From: Octopus vulgaris
Lineage: Eukaryota
Length of the DNA: 64,000 nucleotides
Assembly: GCA_951406725.2 (NCBI GenBank)
Contig: OX597819.1
Span: forward strand, 31,558,001-31,622,000
Direction: 5' to 3'
The notes below the pieces were generated by a model. It saw only the letters and a list, made by a program, of their open reading frames with translations. It was not told the origin of the DNA and made no database searches. Below, piece by piece: positions 15,745 through 29,610 of the stretch; the first letter of the stretch is position 1; the number at the start of each line of letters is the position of its first letter. The translations under genes and the position numbers were made by a program.

Positions 15745-16080
15745 TTGCAAGTGTCTAATGAATAACATTATTTATCAATTTGTAGATACTAATAATCAGG
15801 CTAGATAAGTTTACATAGGTACTACTTGCAGTAACCTTAACTTTTGATAATATAAGCACAATATGACATTTAGATCCGAAGCTAAAGCTCTTAACACATC
15901 TTCACCTAAAATAAATTGGAAATTAAAAAAAAAAGGATTTGGTTGACTACAATATCAAATGGTCGATCGTTCAACGTGCGAACTCCTATAAAGATTATCA
16001 TAATAAGTAGTGCTCGTTATGTATTGCGGAGATAATGACAATATTATTCATTTATACAATGGACTTATTAAAAGATGCTA
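15745..16080 (+). pseudogene. Penelope-like element GIY-YIG endonuclease remnant
   Basis: Piecewise translation CLMNNIIYQ..VYIGTT..HNMTF..YNIKWSIVQRANSY..CSLCIAE..I matches the PLE endonuclease pattern (IY..YIG, IKW.I, CxLCxxE). Contains stops and frameshifts. Confidence 0.7.
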
Positions 16081-16134
16081 ACGTTGACTACGCAACACCT
16101 TTCTCCACTACACACCGTAATTCTTATTTAATAA

Positions 16135-16303
16135 TACCTATTTCTTTATTACCCACAAGGGGCTAAACACAGAGGGGACACACAAGGACAGACATAGGTA
16201 TTAAGTCGATTACATCAACCCCAGTGCGTAACTGGTATTTAATTTATCGACCCCGAAAGGATGAAAAGCAAAGTCGACCTCGGCGGAATTCGAACTCACA
16301 ACG
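16135..16303 (-). mobile_element. SINE family A, 5'-truncated
   Basis: Tail TATTTCTTTATTACCCACAAGGGGC plus core. Confidence 0.85.
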
Positions 16304-16635
16304 TGGTCACTCAATTTGTAATTACTGAAACCTCGTCTTACTTCGCCTTTAGGTTCGTACTTCAGTGAGCATCAGTTCTGACAATTCACTTGTCACTTCA
16401 GTTGCTTTTCAATTCCCTTGAGTGTCATGATATATTCTGCTAACTTATAAATATATATATTTTTTGAATCCTCAAACACTTTTGTACTCGCGTATAAAAG
16501 TCTACTTTGATCATTTTTTTGTCTCACATGATACACTTTCTTCATACTACCGCTTCCTGATACTCTCTCTATGTTTTCACGTTTCTGTTTTTTATACGCC
16601 CAACGACCTTCAACGTACGTAAATGTGCGAGCGCA

Positions 16636-16694
<59 letters not shown>

Positions 16695-16854
16695 GTGTGT
16701 GTGAATTTATGCGTCTTTAAGTATACGTGCGACTTCTGTTCACCTGTCTCACTTCAGCTATATTTTTCTCACGATTTCTTCTTTGCCATTAGATTTAATT
16801 ACCTTCTAGCGGATGTCTGTGTGTATGTATGTATTTTTGCGTGTGTTTACACAT

Positions 16855-16955
16855 TGGGCAAATGTCTTCTTCTATAGACTCGGGTCGACCACCAAAGACG
16901 TGTGAGTGGATTTGGTAGACGGAAACTGAAAGAAGCCCGTCGTATATATGTATAT

Positions 16956-17001
<46 letters not shown>

Positions 17002-17167
17002 TTATTTTATTTTATAGAAGAGAGCTTCTATAGGACTAGAACTGTTTCATTGGGGGAATGAAACAGTTCTAGTCCTGTAGAAGCTCCTTCTATAAAATAA
17101 ATTAATTTACTCTGCTATGTATTGAGTACCTTATTTACTGTGGTTAACCCCGACTCAACCCGGGACC

Positions 17168-17236
<69 letters not shown>

Positions 17237-17289
17237 ATATACATATATACGACGGGCTTCTTTCAGTTTCCGTCTACCAAATCCACTCA

Positions 17290-17333
<44 letters not shown>

Positions 17334-17540
17334 TGTCTGTGTTTGTCCCCCAACATCGCTTGACAACCGATGCTGGTGTGTTTACGTCCCCGTAACTTAG
17401 CGGTTCGGCAAAAGAGACCGATAGAATAAGTACTAAGCTTACAAAGAACAAGTCTTGGGATCGATTTGCTCGACTAAAGGCGGTGCTCCAGCATGGCCGT
17501 AGTCAAATGACTGAAACAAGTAAACGAGTAAAAGAGTATA
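16855..17540 (+). mobile_element. SINE family B with internal inverted duplication and hairpin insert
   Basis: 5' part at 16855-16960, 3' part at 17330-17540. 17230-17294 is the reverse complement of 16898-16962. Confidence 0.85.
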
Positions 17541-17754
17541 TACTTGATACTATACCTTTATATTAATATCATGTGAGTTGAGCACTGGGGTAGATGTAAT
17601 CGACTTACCCACTTTCCTCCCCAAAATATATCTAAAATCACACACCAACGAGCAGGGCTTTATAAATTTGAAATATCACTAGCCCATTTACACAAGATAT
17701 CTTTCCGGTGACTGACATGAATTTTTTCGTTTTCTTTTTAGCTTTATTTTATTT

Positions 17755-17847
<93 letters not shown>

Positions 17848-17900
17848 GTTTCTGTCTATCTGTCTGTCTATTTATTTCTCTCTCTCTCTCTCTCTCCCCC

Positions 17901-17936
<36 letters not shown>

Positions 17937-17938
<2 letters not shown>

Positions 17939-18655
17939 GAAGATGTTGAAAAGTTCCTGGCTATAAGGGTGTCGCAAAAGGCCTGGTTGGAGGCCCAACC
18001 TTCCGAATTCTTTTACAAGGCTTAGAAAAAAGTGTTGGACCGCTACAATAAGTGTGTGAATGTGAGTGGAGATTACCGTAAATCTTCGAGTATAATCCGC
18101 ATTTTAATGGTCAAAATCCCTAGTACGTACTATATACGAGGTTAAAAATGAAAAATATTTTCTAAGCAATGTCCGAGTCTCTATTTGCTGTCCGGCAATG
18201 TTTATTCAGACGCATTTTGTGATGTCGGGCGTGAAAATACCTTAATCTAAGCCTGAAAGCAATGAAGAATCATCCATAACTTGCAGTAAGCAACATTTAT
18301 TAACATAAAAGTATTCAGAACAGAATAACATGTGACAAAACAATTTGCAAACATATTTACATTCCCATATAACAGTTAAGAACATCACCATTATTGTATT
18401 ACGCATGCGCGGAAGTGTTTGTTCGACTAGGTGCTGCTGGCTTAATTACGCACGATTCAAGTTAGAGAAGGTGTGCGTATTATACACAAGGTTTAGGTTT
18501 TTCAGAGGTACAACCCCCTAAAAATCCCCTGCGTATTATACTCAAGGACGGGATTATACTCGAGGATTTACGGTATGTTGCATAAAATCGTAAATAACTG
18601 ATCCTCTAGTAATTTCTTTCAATCAAAGCCAGGAACTTTTCATCACCCCACGTAT
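17937..18655 (+). mobile_element. Non-autonomous mariner-like element interrupted by a MITE
   Basis: TIR TGAAAAGTTCCTGGCT / AGCCAGGAACTTTTCA. Retains a mariner-like C-terminus (DRYNKCVNVSGDYV). Uninterrupted relative at 30285-30512. Confidence 0.75.
18076..18573. mobile_element. Tc1/mariner superfamily (Tc2/pogo-like) MITE
   Basis: TA TSD at 18074-75 and 18574-75; TIR CCGTAAATCTTCGAGTATAATCC / GGATTATACTCGAGGATTTACGG. Confidence 0.88.
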
Positions 18656-18683
18656 ATATAAAAACAGTACTTGGAGAAGAAGA

Positions 18684-18747
18684 AACGAAACGAAACGAAA
18701 CGAAACGAAACGAAACGAAACGAAACGAAACGAATCGAATCGAATCG
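18684..18747. repeat. (GAAAC)n pentanucleotide repeat
   Basis: Read directly. Confidence 0.9.
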
Positions 18748-18997
18748 ACGCGAGGGCGCTCAGTCATACAAAAGTGTAATAAATAAAATATATGCATACA
18801 TACATACATATACGTACGTACCTACATCTACATGTATATATACATGCATGCTTGTTTTTACGTTTTCGTTTCTCGTTGAGTTTTACGTCTATTTGTGGTG
18901 TCCTGTACTCACGTATATATATTTATATATGCATGTATATAGGTACGTACATATATGTATGTATGTATGTATGCATATATTTTATTTATTACACTTT

Positions 18998-19040
<43 letters not shown>

Positions 19041-19535
19041 TTGCATGTGTGTGCATGCATGTGTGTGCGTGCACGTGTGTGCATGCACTAGCATGTGTGC
19101 GCACGAACGCGTAAAAAAAAACCACGTAATACTCGATATGCCGTTAGCAATAAGTGAAATGAAGGTTCGTAGTCGTGCAACATTAATCTGCATTTTAAAA
19201 AAATACGAAACCGAATTGATCAAACTCCGAAACTTCACATGTAACAAACACACTTTGTGAACCGGTTTCAACAAACAAGACTAGTAATTCTACACGATAC
19301 GTCCTGGGAAGCTGAACATACATTTCGATGGATACTGTTCAGAACGATCCGCCATACGAACCGAACGAAATTAAGGAAAAATTACTTTGAATTAGCTAAT
19401 GTCTTTGTTAAGATAGATGAGTCCAAATCTTCTCAAGTACGTGGAGAAGATAAAGAACTGATCCAGGCGTTTATATTATAGGATTCGTGTAGATAGATAT
19501 TTGTTAAACGCAACACGGTATATTCCTACCGTTTT

Positions 19536-19767
19536 AGGCGGCGAGCTGGCAGAAACGTTAGCACGCCGGGCGAAATGCGTAGCCGTATTTCGTCTGTCGT
19601 TACGTTGTGAGTTCAAATTCCGCCGAGGTCGACTTTGCCTTTCATCCTTTCGGGGTCGATAAATTAAGTACTAGTTACGCACTGGGGTCGATGTAATCGA
19701 CTTAATACCTATGTCTATCCTTGTTTATCCCCTCTGTGTTTAGCCCCTTGTGGGTAATAAAGAAATA
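19536..19767 (+). mobile_element. SINE family A, full length with 17-bp TSD
   Basis: TSD GGTATATTCCTACCGTT at 19517-19533 and 19768-19784. Confidence 0.95.
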
Positions 19768-19922
19768 GGTATATTCCTACCGTTCTAATGCGAGGCATAT
19801 AACAAAGTGCTCAATAAATAGTGAAACCTTTCAGAATATAACCAACTCTCTCTCCCACCTCTATCTCACACCCACCTCTCTCTGTCATCCACATCTCTTT
19901 CTCACACACCACTCTCTCTCCG

Positions 19923-19991
<69 letters not shown>

Positions 19992-20000
19992 GTCTGTCTA

Positions 20001-20052
<52 letters not shown>

Positions 20053-20106
20053 TCTATGTGTTTACATATATATATATTTACAAACATCTGTATATATGTA
20101 TGTGTG

Positions 20107-20150
<44 letters not shown>

Positions 20151-20631
20151 TTATATAGGTGCATATATTATATATACACACTTACACTCACACACACACA
20201 TACACACACACACAAACACACAAACACATACGCACACAAACGCACTCACATATATTGTAAATCATATGAGGCAAAAGTTGTGTTTCAATAAGGATTGGGC
20301 GGAAGATGGCGAACGTGTGTCGTGGTGGGGTGGGTGGGGGTGGCGTGTGCGCGCGCAAGCATGTGCGACTGCGCGCGCGGACGCGTATGCATGGGTGTGT
20401 ATGCATGTGTGTAGAAGATGACAAAATTACAGAAAATAATAATATTTGATGACATGAATATCTTAGTATGGTTTGATTTCCTGACCATAAGTCATAAATA
20501 ATCAATTTATTATCAATTTCCTGATTGAAAGTCATAAACAATATATCTTTTATCAATTTCCGGGTTGAAACCAGGGAAAGAAAAAATCATGTACAAACGA
20601 TCCATTATATTTCTGTGCATATGTATATGTA

Positions 20632-20736
<105 letters not shown>

Positions 20737-20741
20737 GTCTG

Positions 20742-20782
<41 letters not shown>

Positions 20783-20783
20783 T

Positions 20784-20838
<55 letters not shown>

Positions 20839-21039
20839 TTGTAGATGGGGCGGAATATGACAAACATATGCATGTATGTGTATCTGTGTGTGTCTATGTG
20901 CATATGTGTGTGCTTGTATACACAAAATCTCCCCACATCGCATTTAACTTCTTGACTATCTTTCGTAGTTCGGCATTCAGGGTCGGCTGGTGCGTTTGTT
21001 CTGGTCTGGTCTGGTTGGCCCGATGCGTTCGGAGGCGGC

Positions 21040-22930
21040 TGACAAAGCCTTGTTATACAAGAAATCCTCTATGTATAGGGTACGTATGTGAGGTGCGTAT
21101 ATTGGGACATTGACATATTTAGTACTCCAAGTGATTGAATTGTGTCCCATATTTCCAATAACCTATCCAAGACTCATAGGCATATAAGAAGGTTGTGCGA
21201 ACACCTTCGGGTTAGACTTTGCAGCTTGACGGGATGTTTGGTTTTTTTTCTGCACTTCGCATATTTCCCTTTCGCAGTCTGCTAGAAGCTGAGTTAGCTC
21301 TAGAGATCCTGTTGTTGACCTCTTTAACAATGTTTATTGTCTTAGAATTGTTCTACTGAAATTCATGAACCTGTAGCCTTTCTGTAGTTTCTCTCTACTC
21401 GAAGTGAATTAGCGACGGGCTGTTGCATGGTCTCAGATTTCTTTATGTTTTTCATAAAAGCAAAACTTGTCATAGATTGTTGAAAACTGGTCCATCTGCT
21501 TTATCTGCTCATTATAAGCCTTGAGAGTGCTGTCACCGAGACGAAGAGAAATATTCTGATAATCGCCTTTTTTAGTTGAGTGATGGTTTGAAGATCGCAT
21601 GTCTTGAACAACTTGCCATCGTTACAGTACTTGTTGTGGACGCCTGAAGTGCTGTCGTAGCAAGCGTCTACTAGTACTGTCGAAAGTATCATGCTAAAGA
21701 GTGCGGAGGTGATGATGTAGGGCATTTCTCACTAAAGAGGCATCAGCTGTACCTCTCTATCATCTTTAACATGGACCATTGTGCTGACGTGGGACTGTTA
21801 GACAATATTAATGAATTTACTGGGATAACCAAATTCTTTATGATCTTCCACAAGCTGTCTCACTGTTGAACATGTAGAAAGCCTTCTGTATGTCGACAAA
21901 AGTGGTAGAGGTCGCAGTGCTGCTGTTGTAATTTTTCTTGGAGTTGATGCGTCGCCAAAACTAAGTCCATAGTTTCACGATGGGTAAGTGAACCACGTTG
22001 CCTTTTTAGGAACAGGAATTATTGCAATAAATAGTTGAGCAGGTTTTGGAGTAGAGTCTTTCTGGGTATTCTTTTGTTATGACCGATCCCTTTTCTTTTA
22101 TAGTTGCAGTCGGTGTTGGCATATTTGAAGCTTGGCTGATTGTCCTTTCATTCCACTGAAAGAGGACTATCAGATCTTCAAAGGTGAACGTCCTGGCTAA
22201 TTTGTACATATTTCCGAAAATTACATCTAGACTAAAGTACTTGTCACTGGACGTCAGTGGGATTGTTTCCATGACTTATAGAAATGCGTTAGGAAGTTAA
22301 ACTTGTAGTTCACATCCATCCGTGGCATTCTCATTTATTGAAAATGGCCGGTTGAGCACATTATCTAAGTGTTTAGCTAATCTCTCCAGTAACCGCTGCT
22401 TTTCTGTGAGCAATGTTTTATCATCAGTGTTTGTGAGGTGGATAATCCAAAGGACTGTGGATCATAGATGGTTTTCAGTGCATTATAGAATCAATTCAGG
22501 TCCATTTTGTCCGCATAGCTCTAAATTTTTTCTATCTTATCATGAATCAGAAATTTGGTTTTCTCTAAGTCTTGCTTGCACCGTATGGTGAATATGGGTT
22601 AAGGGTTAATCCATCACCTGCTAGTGATGGATTAGTCACTGACTCTTCTTAGCAAAGCAGAGCTTCGATATTCTCGTCATTTCCATCAAACCATATTGGA
22701 GTGTTCTAGAACAGTTTAGTAGACAAAGTCTTTGAAGAAGGCTATTTTTCCTCAATTATGTCTTGCCAGGAGCGGGATATAATCAGTTGTCCAGATATAT
22801 GAAGAATTTGGCCGAGATTGTCTGTTTTCTTTTTGTTTTTTTTTTTAGCTTGGAGACCTCGAGCCTCTTGACAACATTCAGATAATGTTGAACCGATCAA
22901 ATATGAAGTTTAAGTTACCTCGGTTATACC
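21040..22930 (-). mobile_element. Old, decayed RTE-clade LINE
   Basis: Minus-strand pieces FVDIQKAF, FGYPSKFINIV and SALFSMILSTVLVDA..DGKLF..IIRIFLF resemble the intact RTE at 58.7 kb. Boundaries are uncertain. Confidence 0.7.
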
Positions 22931-23585
22931 ACGGTGAATAAACGGTAGCATTACAAAGATATGGTTGAGAGTAAATTTCAACAACACTACTTCAGTCACG
23001 CCACGTTCTTCAAATAATTCTCTGATCAAATTATAACTTACTGGCGTACCACATTTGGAAACTGGAGGTGCTCAGCAGAGCTTAAGACATCAAATAAATA
23101 TTTTCTAAAAGAAAGCACGTCATAAAAATAAAGCCAAGAGACGACCTTGTACAGCAGAAATATGGATAATGCTAGGTTTTTATAGTATTCTGTGTCCATC
23201 AGGACTACAGCACTACATTTGTAAGCTTCTTTGACTGTCAGGTCTTTGTCGTTTTTTAATTGTAGTAGGTGCTTCCATTGTAGGTTGTTGAAGTTAGGTA
23301 TAATATAAATATTTATCTACATAATATAAATATTTGCCTACATGATAGCATACTAGCAAACGTACTTACGTATGTATATTCTGTGGGCATTGGGGTACTA
23401 CTAACTTCTATCTTCTACCTTCTATGTGTATTTCTTATTTAGTACGAGGGATGTTTCCTTTGTGAGGACGCACTGTTGTAGTGTGAGTGATACTTCGGGT
23501 ACTTGGATAAAATGTGGATGTCAAGTCGGCCCAGTATGCGTGTATAAATTTGTATTCACACACACACACATATATATATACACAC

Positions 23586-23689
<104 letters not shown>

Positions 23690-24004
23690 GTCTATCTATC
23701 TATCTGTCTGTCTGTTTGTCTGCCTGCCTGTCTGTGCGCATGTATGTCATTGCGCATGGATGTGCGCATGTATGTCATTGTTCAGTTTAATTTCAAGATT
23801 ACTTGCCAATAGAGAAAGAGCCGGTTTCTAACTTAGATCCAAGGCTCCTTCATTGGAATTTCAACATCAACAACAGAGTATTTTTGTTTGTATGTATGTA
23901 TGTCTGTATGTATGCATGCATGTATGTATGTATGTATGTATGTATGTATGTATGTATGTATGTATGTATGTATGTATGTATGTATGTATGTATGTACCTT
24001 CTAT

Positions 24005-26304
24005 TTTTAATTATTATAAATCTTCCGCTGAGGAGAGAGCCGGTTTCCAACAAAGATACAAGCCTTCATCTTTGGGATGTAGTTAACACAGACAAATTCA
24101 CATTTGGAACTCGAGAAAAGTCTTGCATATTTTTACTGTTCCACTCACAGATTGGACTTGTAATGTACGAATTAGCTGGTCGATTTCTTTCTGAAAATTT
24201 CCGTTTATCCAGATTCTCCTTTAAGCATTTACTAACAGAACCTAGTACTCCAATTATTATTGGTATGAATATGAATTCAAAGTCTGGATATAGACGCTGA
24301 AGGTTTCGAAGCAGTTGTCCATAGATATCCTCTTTTTCTTTGATTTTCAAAGAGATATTTATATCTGTTGGGCAGTTAACCTCTGTGATGGTACATACCT
24401 TTGCACCTCTGTTCTAAACAACAATATCCGGCTTGTTATGCTTACATTTGACAGAAGTTTTGATGGGAATATTCCACCAGTATTCCTTAAGTTGGTGCCT
24501 ATGAATGTACTCCATAACAGAGGAATTTTCTAAGTTTATCTCAGGACAGTCTTTTTGGTGGATGGCATTGTAAATTGTTTTAGCAACAACATCGTACCGC
24601 ACAGGGAAGTAGTACCGTGACGAAAGTTTAGGACAGCTGCTAATCACATGCGTAATGTCTTCTACAGCAACATGACATAGCCTACACATACGGTTTACAA
24701 GAGTGTCACTGTCTCTCTTGTTCACCAGGTACCTTGTGGCAATGTCCTGTTCTTTGATTGCAAACGCCTTCAAAGTATGATGTGATGTAGTGGTCTTGTG
24801 TCCAAGATAGGCTGCGCTTCGTGACAATTCTACTGTCTTATTCAAGCTTCCGGGCCACATACCCATGCATGGTCTTTTTTTTGTATACTGAGTGCTTTCC
24901 ATCCAGGTCATCTCTGAGGTAAGAGAGCCCAGCTGTTTTGGGGCTGCATAAGAGATCATCAGGAAGAGAGTGTTTCTTGAGGAGTTCGCTACCAACTCTT
25001 ACAATGTTGCTCACTTCACTTTTCAGGACTACATTGATATATTCATTTTTGCTGATGTTGTTTATCAGGTGCTGCCTGAATGCTGCCATACGGTATTCGA
25101 AGGCCATCTGCACTGATCTCAGACCTCTACCACCTTCATTTCTTCTTAGGTAGAACCTGTTAACATCACTGTTTCTGTGGAAGTTCCCAGTTGCCAGGAT
25201 TTTGCGGGTTTTGATATCTATGGAGTAGATTTCCTCTATAGACCAATCAAGTATTCCAAATGTTGGGATCAGAACTGGTACTGCAAATGCATTGTGGGAT
25301 ATTGTTTTGTTGTAAGAGGAGAGTTCCGACTGCCATATTTTCCTAAGTCAAGTATAATATTCTCGGGTCAATCTATTTTTATTCACAGTGCCTTCATATG
25401 ATACATTTTCGTTTATGCCTAGGTACTTGTAACATTCTCTGTGTGGAGTGAGGGAAATAGAGAGACCGTTGATGCACAGGTTTTGGGTTTGGTGGACAGA
25501 CTTTCCTCGTTCTATAACCAAATATGAACATTTCTTTTGGCCAAATTCCATGCCTATATCAGCTGAATATGTTATTAATTCCAGTTGTTTTTTGGCATTG
25601 TTAATACTTTTAGCATAAATCTTCAGGTTGTCTACAAAGAAATTATGAGTTACATTGGTATTTCTTGCAGCTGAAGAGCCGAGCATGTAACCGTTTGTTT
25701 TCTGCGGGAGGAACGATAATGGATTCAGTGCTAAAAAGAAAAGAAGTACAGAAAGACTATCTCCCTGGAATATTCCCTTTGAAATGCCTATACTATTAGA
25801 AACAATTATTCTGTTCTCAGTTGTGAGGGTAAGAATAGTTGTCCATGTCTTTATGAGTTTCTCTATAGCAGCAATTAATGTAGTGTGTACCTTTGCCCGA
25901 TGTAGGCACTTCAACAGCCATGAATGAGGGATAAAGTCAAATGCCTTCTTATAGTCAAGCCATACTGTCATAAGGTTTCTGCGTTGTTTTCTTACATCAG
26001 ACAACAAAGCTTTGTTTATTAAAAGTTGTTCGGCACATCCCCACACTCCCTTCTTTCCACCAACCCGTTTATCAGTCACAATGTTGTTCGACTCACAATG
26101 GTCCTGGAGGAATTGGTTCTGGCAACTTGTGTACAGTTTGTACATAATATTTAGGCAAACAGTGGGCCTGTATTTTCCTGCTATCTCCGTGATTTCATCT
26201 TTGGCAACAAGATTTGTCCTTGCTGTAGCAAGTTAATTTGGTATATCAGTCAGATCTTCCATAGTCCTTTTGAACATACATATCAACTGGTTTCTATAAA
26301 ATGT
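24005..26304 (-). mobile_element. 5'-truncated R4/Dong-like (restriction-like endonuclease) non-LTR retrotransposon
   Basis: RT motifs GGKKGVWGCAEQLLINK, WLDYKKAFD, GIFQGDSLS, FVDNLKIY, YKYLGI. CCHC knuckle CRLC..ITHVISSC and KPDIVV endonuclease motif. Frameshifted. Confidence 0.85.
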
Positions 26305-26487
26305 ATGTATGTATGTATGTATGTATGTATGTATGTATGTATGTATGTATGTATGTATGTATGTATGTATGTATGTATTTATGTATGTATGTGTGTATGT
26401 GTGTATGTGAGTGTGTATGTATGTATGCATGTATGTATGTGTGTATATATGTATGTATGTATGTATGTATGAATGTATGTATGTGTG

Positions 26488-26521
<34 letters not shown>

Positions 26522-26704
26522 TGTATGCATGTATGTATGTATGCATGTATGTATGTATGTGTGTATGTATGCATGTTTGTATGTATGTGTGTGTGTATGT
26601 ATGTATGTATGTATGTATGCATATATGTATGTGTGTATGTATGTATGTATGTATGTATGTATGTATGTATGTATGTATGTATGTATGTATGTATGTATGT
26701 ATGT
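26301..26704. repeat. (TATG)n microsatellite
   Basis: Read directly; similar arrays at 27120-27560 and 28715-29103. Confidence 0.95.
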
Positions 26705-26709
26705 TTTGT

Positions 26710-27050
26710 CGTTTACTTGTTTCAATCAATAGACTGCGGCCATGCACCGCCTTCAAGAATTTTTAGTCGAATGAATCGACCCCAGTACATTTATTAAAGC
26801 CTGGTGCTTATTCTATCGGTCACTTTTGCCGAACCGCTAATTTACGGGGACGTAAACACAGCAAAACCGGTTTTCAAGCGGTGGTGAGGGAACAAACCTA
26901 GACACACACACACAGACACACGCGTGCACGCATACACGCACATATACGACAGCTTTCTTACAGTGTCAGTTTAACAAATCCACTCATAAGACTTTAATTG
27001 GCCCACTTGCCCAAGGTACCATGCAGTGGGACTGAACCCGGAACCATGCC
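26710..27050 (-). mobile_element. SINE family B (additional head fragment at 27603-27690)
   Basis: TTTTGCCGAACCGCTAA..ACGGGGACGTAAACAC and CTTGCCCAAGGTACCATGCAGTGG. Confidence 0.8.
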
Positions 27051-28137
27051 CTCTAATCATTGTTCCCCCACCTGTCTCTGTTTGTTTTTTGGTGTCTCAG
27101 AATATATGTACCAATACATATATACGTACGTACGTATATATATATATATGTATGTATACATGCATGCATGTATGTATGTATGTATGTATGTATGTATGTA
27201 TGTATGTATGTATGTATGTATGTATGTATGTATATGTATGTATGTATGCATGCATACATGCATGTATGTATGTATGTATGCATGTATGTATATATGTATG
27301 TATATATGTATGTATGCATGTATGTATGTATGTATGTATGTATGTATGTATGTATGTATGTATGCATGCATGTATGTATGTATGTATGTTTGTATGTATG
27401 TATTTATGTATGTATGTATGTATGTATACATGTATGCATGTATGTATGTATATATGTATGCATGCATACATGCATGTATGTATGTGTGTATGTATGTATG
27501 TATGTATGTATGTATGTATGTATGTATGTATGTATGTATGTATGTATGTATGTATGCATGTACTGTCAGTTACACTGTCTTGCCGCTGAATAAATTTTAT
27601 ATCACTTGCCCAAGGTACCATGCAGTGGAACCGAACCCGGAACCATGCGGTTGGGAAGCAAACTTTTTTCCCACACAGTCACACTTGCACCTGTATGTAT
27701 GTTTTGTTTTTAGATTTAAGTTCATTTTAAGAGAGTGCAAGCCGGTCCTTAACAAAGTGACAAGACTTTTTGTGTAAAGAGTTCCAGGTGTTTGTGAAGA
27801 GTTTGTGAAAAGTCCCAGGTGGTTGAGCTGTTGTCTTGAGCTGTTGGTGCACACAATCAATTTTGTGCATCTGTTTATTTGAAGAGTCTCAGATTGGAAA
27901 TCTTGGAAATGTCTTACAAAGTTTCACCGCGCGCTTATAGAGTGGATCTGGAAAATACGCATCAATTTCTTTTGCTCTTGTATGCATGTATGATTTTTCT
28001 TTGAGTTTTAAGTCTTTGAGAGAGTTCAAATCGGTCGCTAAAAAAAAGCGAGAAGACTTTTTTAGCTAAGTGAGATCCCGGTCTTTGTAAATCTGTGGTT
28101 GAGTTGGTGCGTTGGTTGAACTGTCGATGCAAACATC

Positions 28138-28549
28138 GGATCTTTTCGGTTTGAACGGCAGTTTTTTCTAGCGGTGTCATATGAAATTGTCACCTATAAT
28201 TATGTCCCTAGTATCGATCTATTGCATTTCAATCTGTTTTAGGGTTAGGGGTTGGGGGAAGGGTAACTTTTTTTCTTCATAAATGTAAATAAACCCAATC
28301 TGTTTTTTAAACGAGGGTCATATTCATACGGCACAGAAGAATGTTGTTTACCTCAATGGACGTCAGTGATTGGTTGAAATTGCAGAAATTGAAGAAAAAG
28401 CAACAAATATCTTACAAACTATAGAATTTTCTCAATAGAGCCAAGAGAAAAAGATGTTTTATAAACACATTCTACCAGTATACGAAGTTTTAAATTTTTT
28501 AGTTACCTAGAAATTATGTTGAAAACTGCCGATCAAACCGAAAAGATCC
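28138..28549 (+). mobile_element. Merlin-like MITE copy 1
   Basis: TIR GGATCTTTTCGGTTTGAACGGCAGTTTT; 8-bp TSD CAAACATC at 28130-37 and 28550-57. Confidence 0.88.
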
Positions 28550-29046
28550 CAAACATCTAAGTGTGTGCATCTATTCACATAAGAATCTCAGCTGGAGAAA
28601 TTTTGGAATCTCTTACAAATCTTCACTGCGCAACTAATAGATTGGATTTGGAGAATCTACGTCAGTTTCTTTTGCTCTTTCTCCGTGAAATCGAGTATTT
28701 TTAGGTTTTTGTGCAACGTACGTGCGTACGTATGTATGTATGTATGTACGTACGTACGTACGTATGTATGTATGTATGTATGTATGTATGTATGTATGTA
28801 TGTATGTATGTATGTATGCATGTATGTATGTATGCATGTATGTATGTATGCATGCATGCATGTATGTATGTATGTATGTATGTATGTATGTATGTATGTA
28901 TGTATGTACGTACGTATGTATGTATGCATGCATGTATGTATGTATGTATGTATGTATGTATGTATGTATGCATGCATGCATGTATGTATGTATGTATGTA
29001 TGTATGTATGTATGTATGTATGTACGTACGTACGTACGTATGTATG

Positions 29047-29080
<34 letters not shown>

Positions 29081-29479
29081 TGTATGTATGTATGTATGTA
29101 TGCACTGTCAGTTACACTTGCCACTGAATAAATTTTATGTCTTCCGCACATAGTAAGCCGTCCGATATTTTTCAGAGCTCTTATTCTTGCGTATTCATGA
29201 ACATAGTCTGTTTGACAATGTCACAGTTAAAGCGTTCCGTTAAGAACTTATATTTAATCTGATAAACGTGTTAGTGATAAACGTGTTATATGATGCATAT
29301 TGAGCCAAATACTTCGTCCAGGCTAGAAGCTGTTAAAGAAGAAGGAGAAAGATAGAGAATGGGAATATAAGTATGATAGTGTGAGATATTGATATATACA
29401 TAGTAATATCTGTCACATCTTTAGGATTTAATTGCCTTGTATTGTTAATCAATCTCCACAGAAAGTGTTCGGTCTTTGT

Positions 29480-29610
<131 letters not shown>

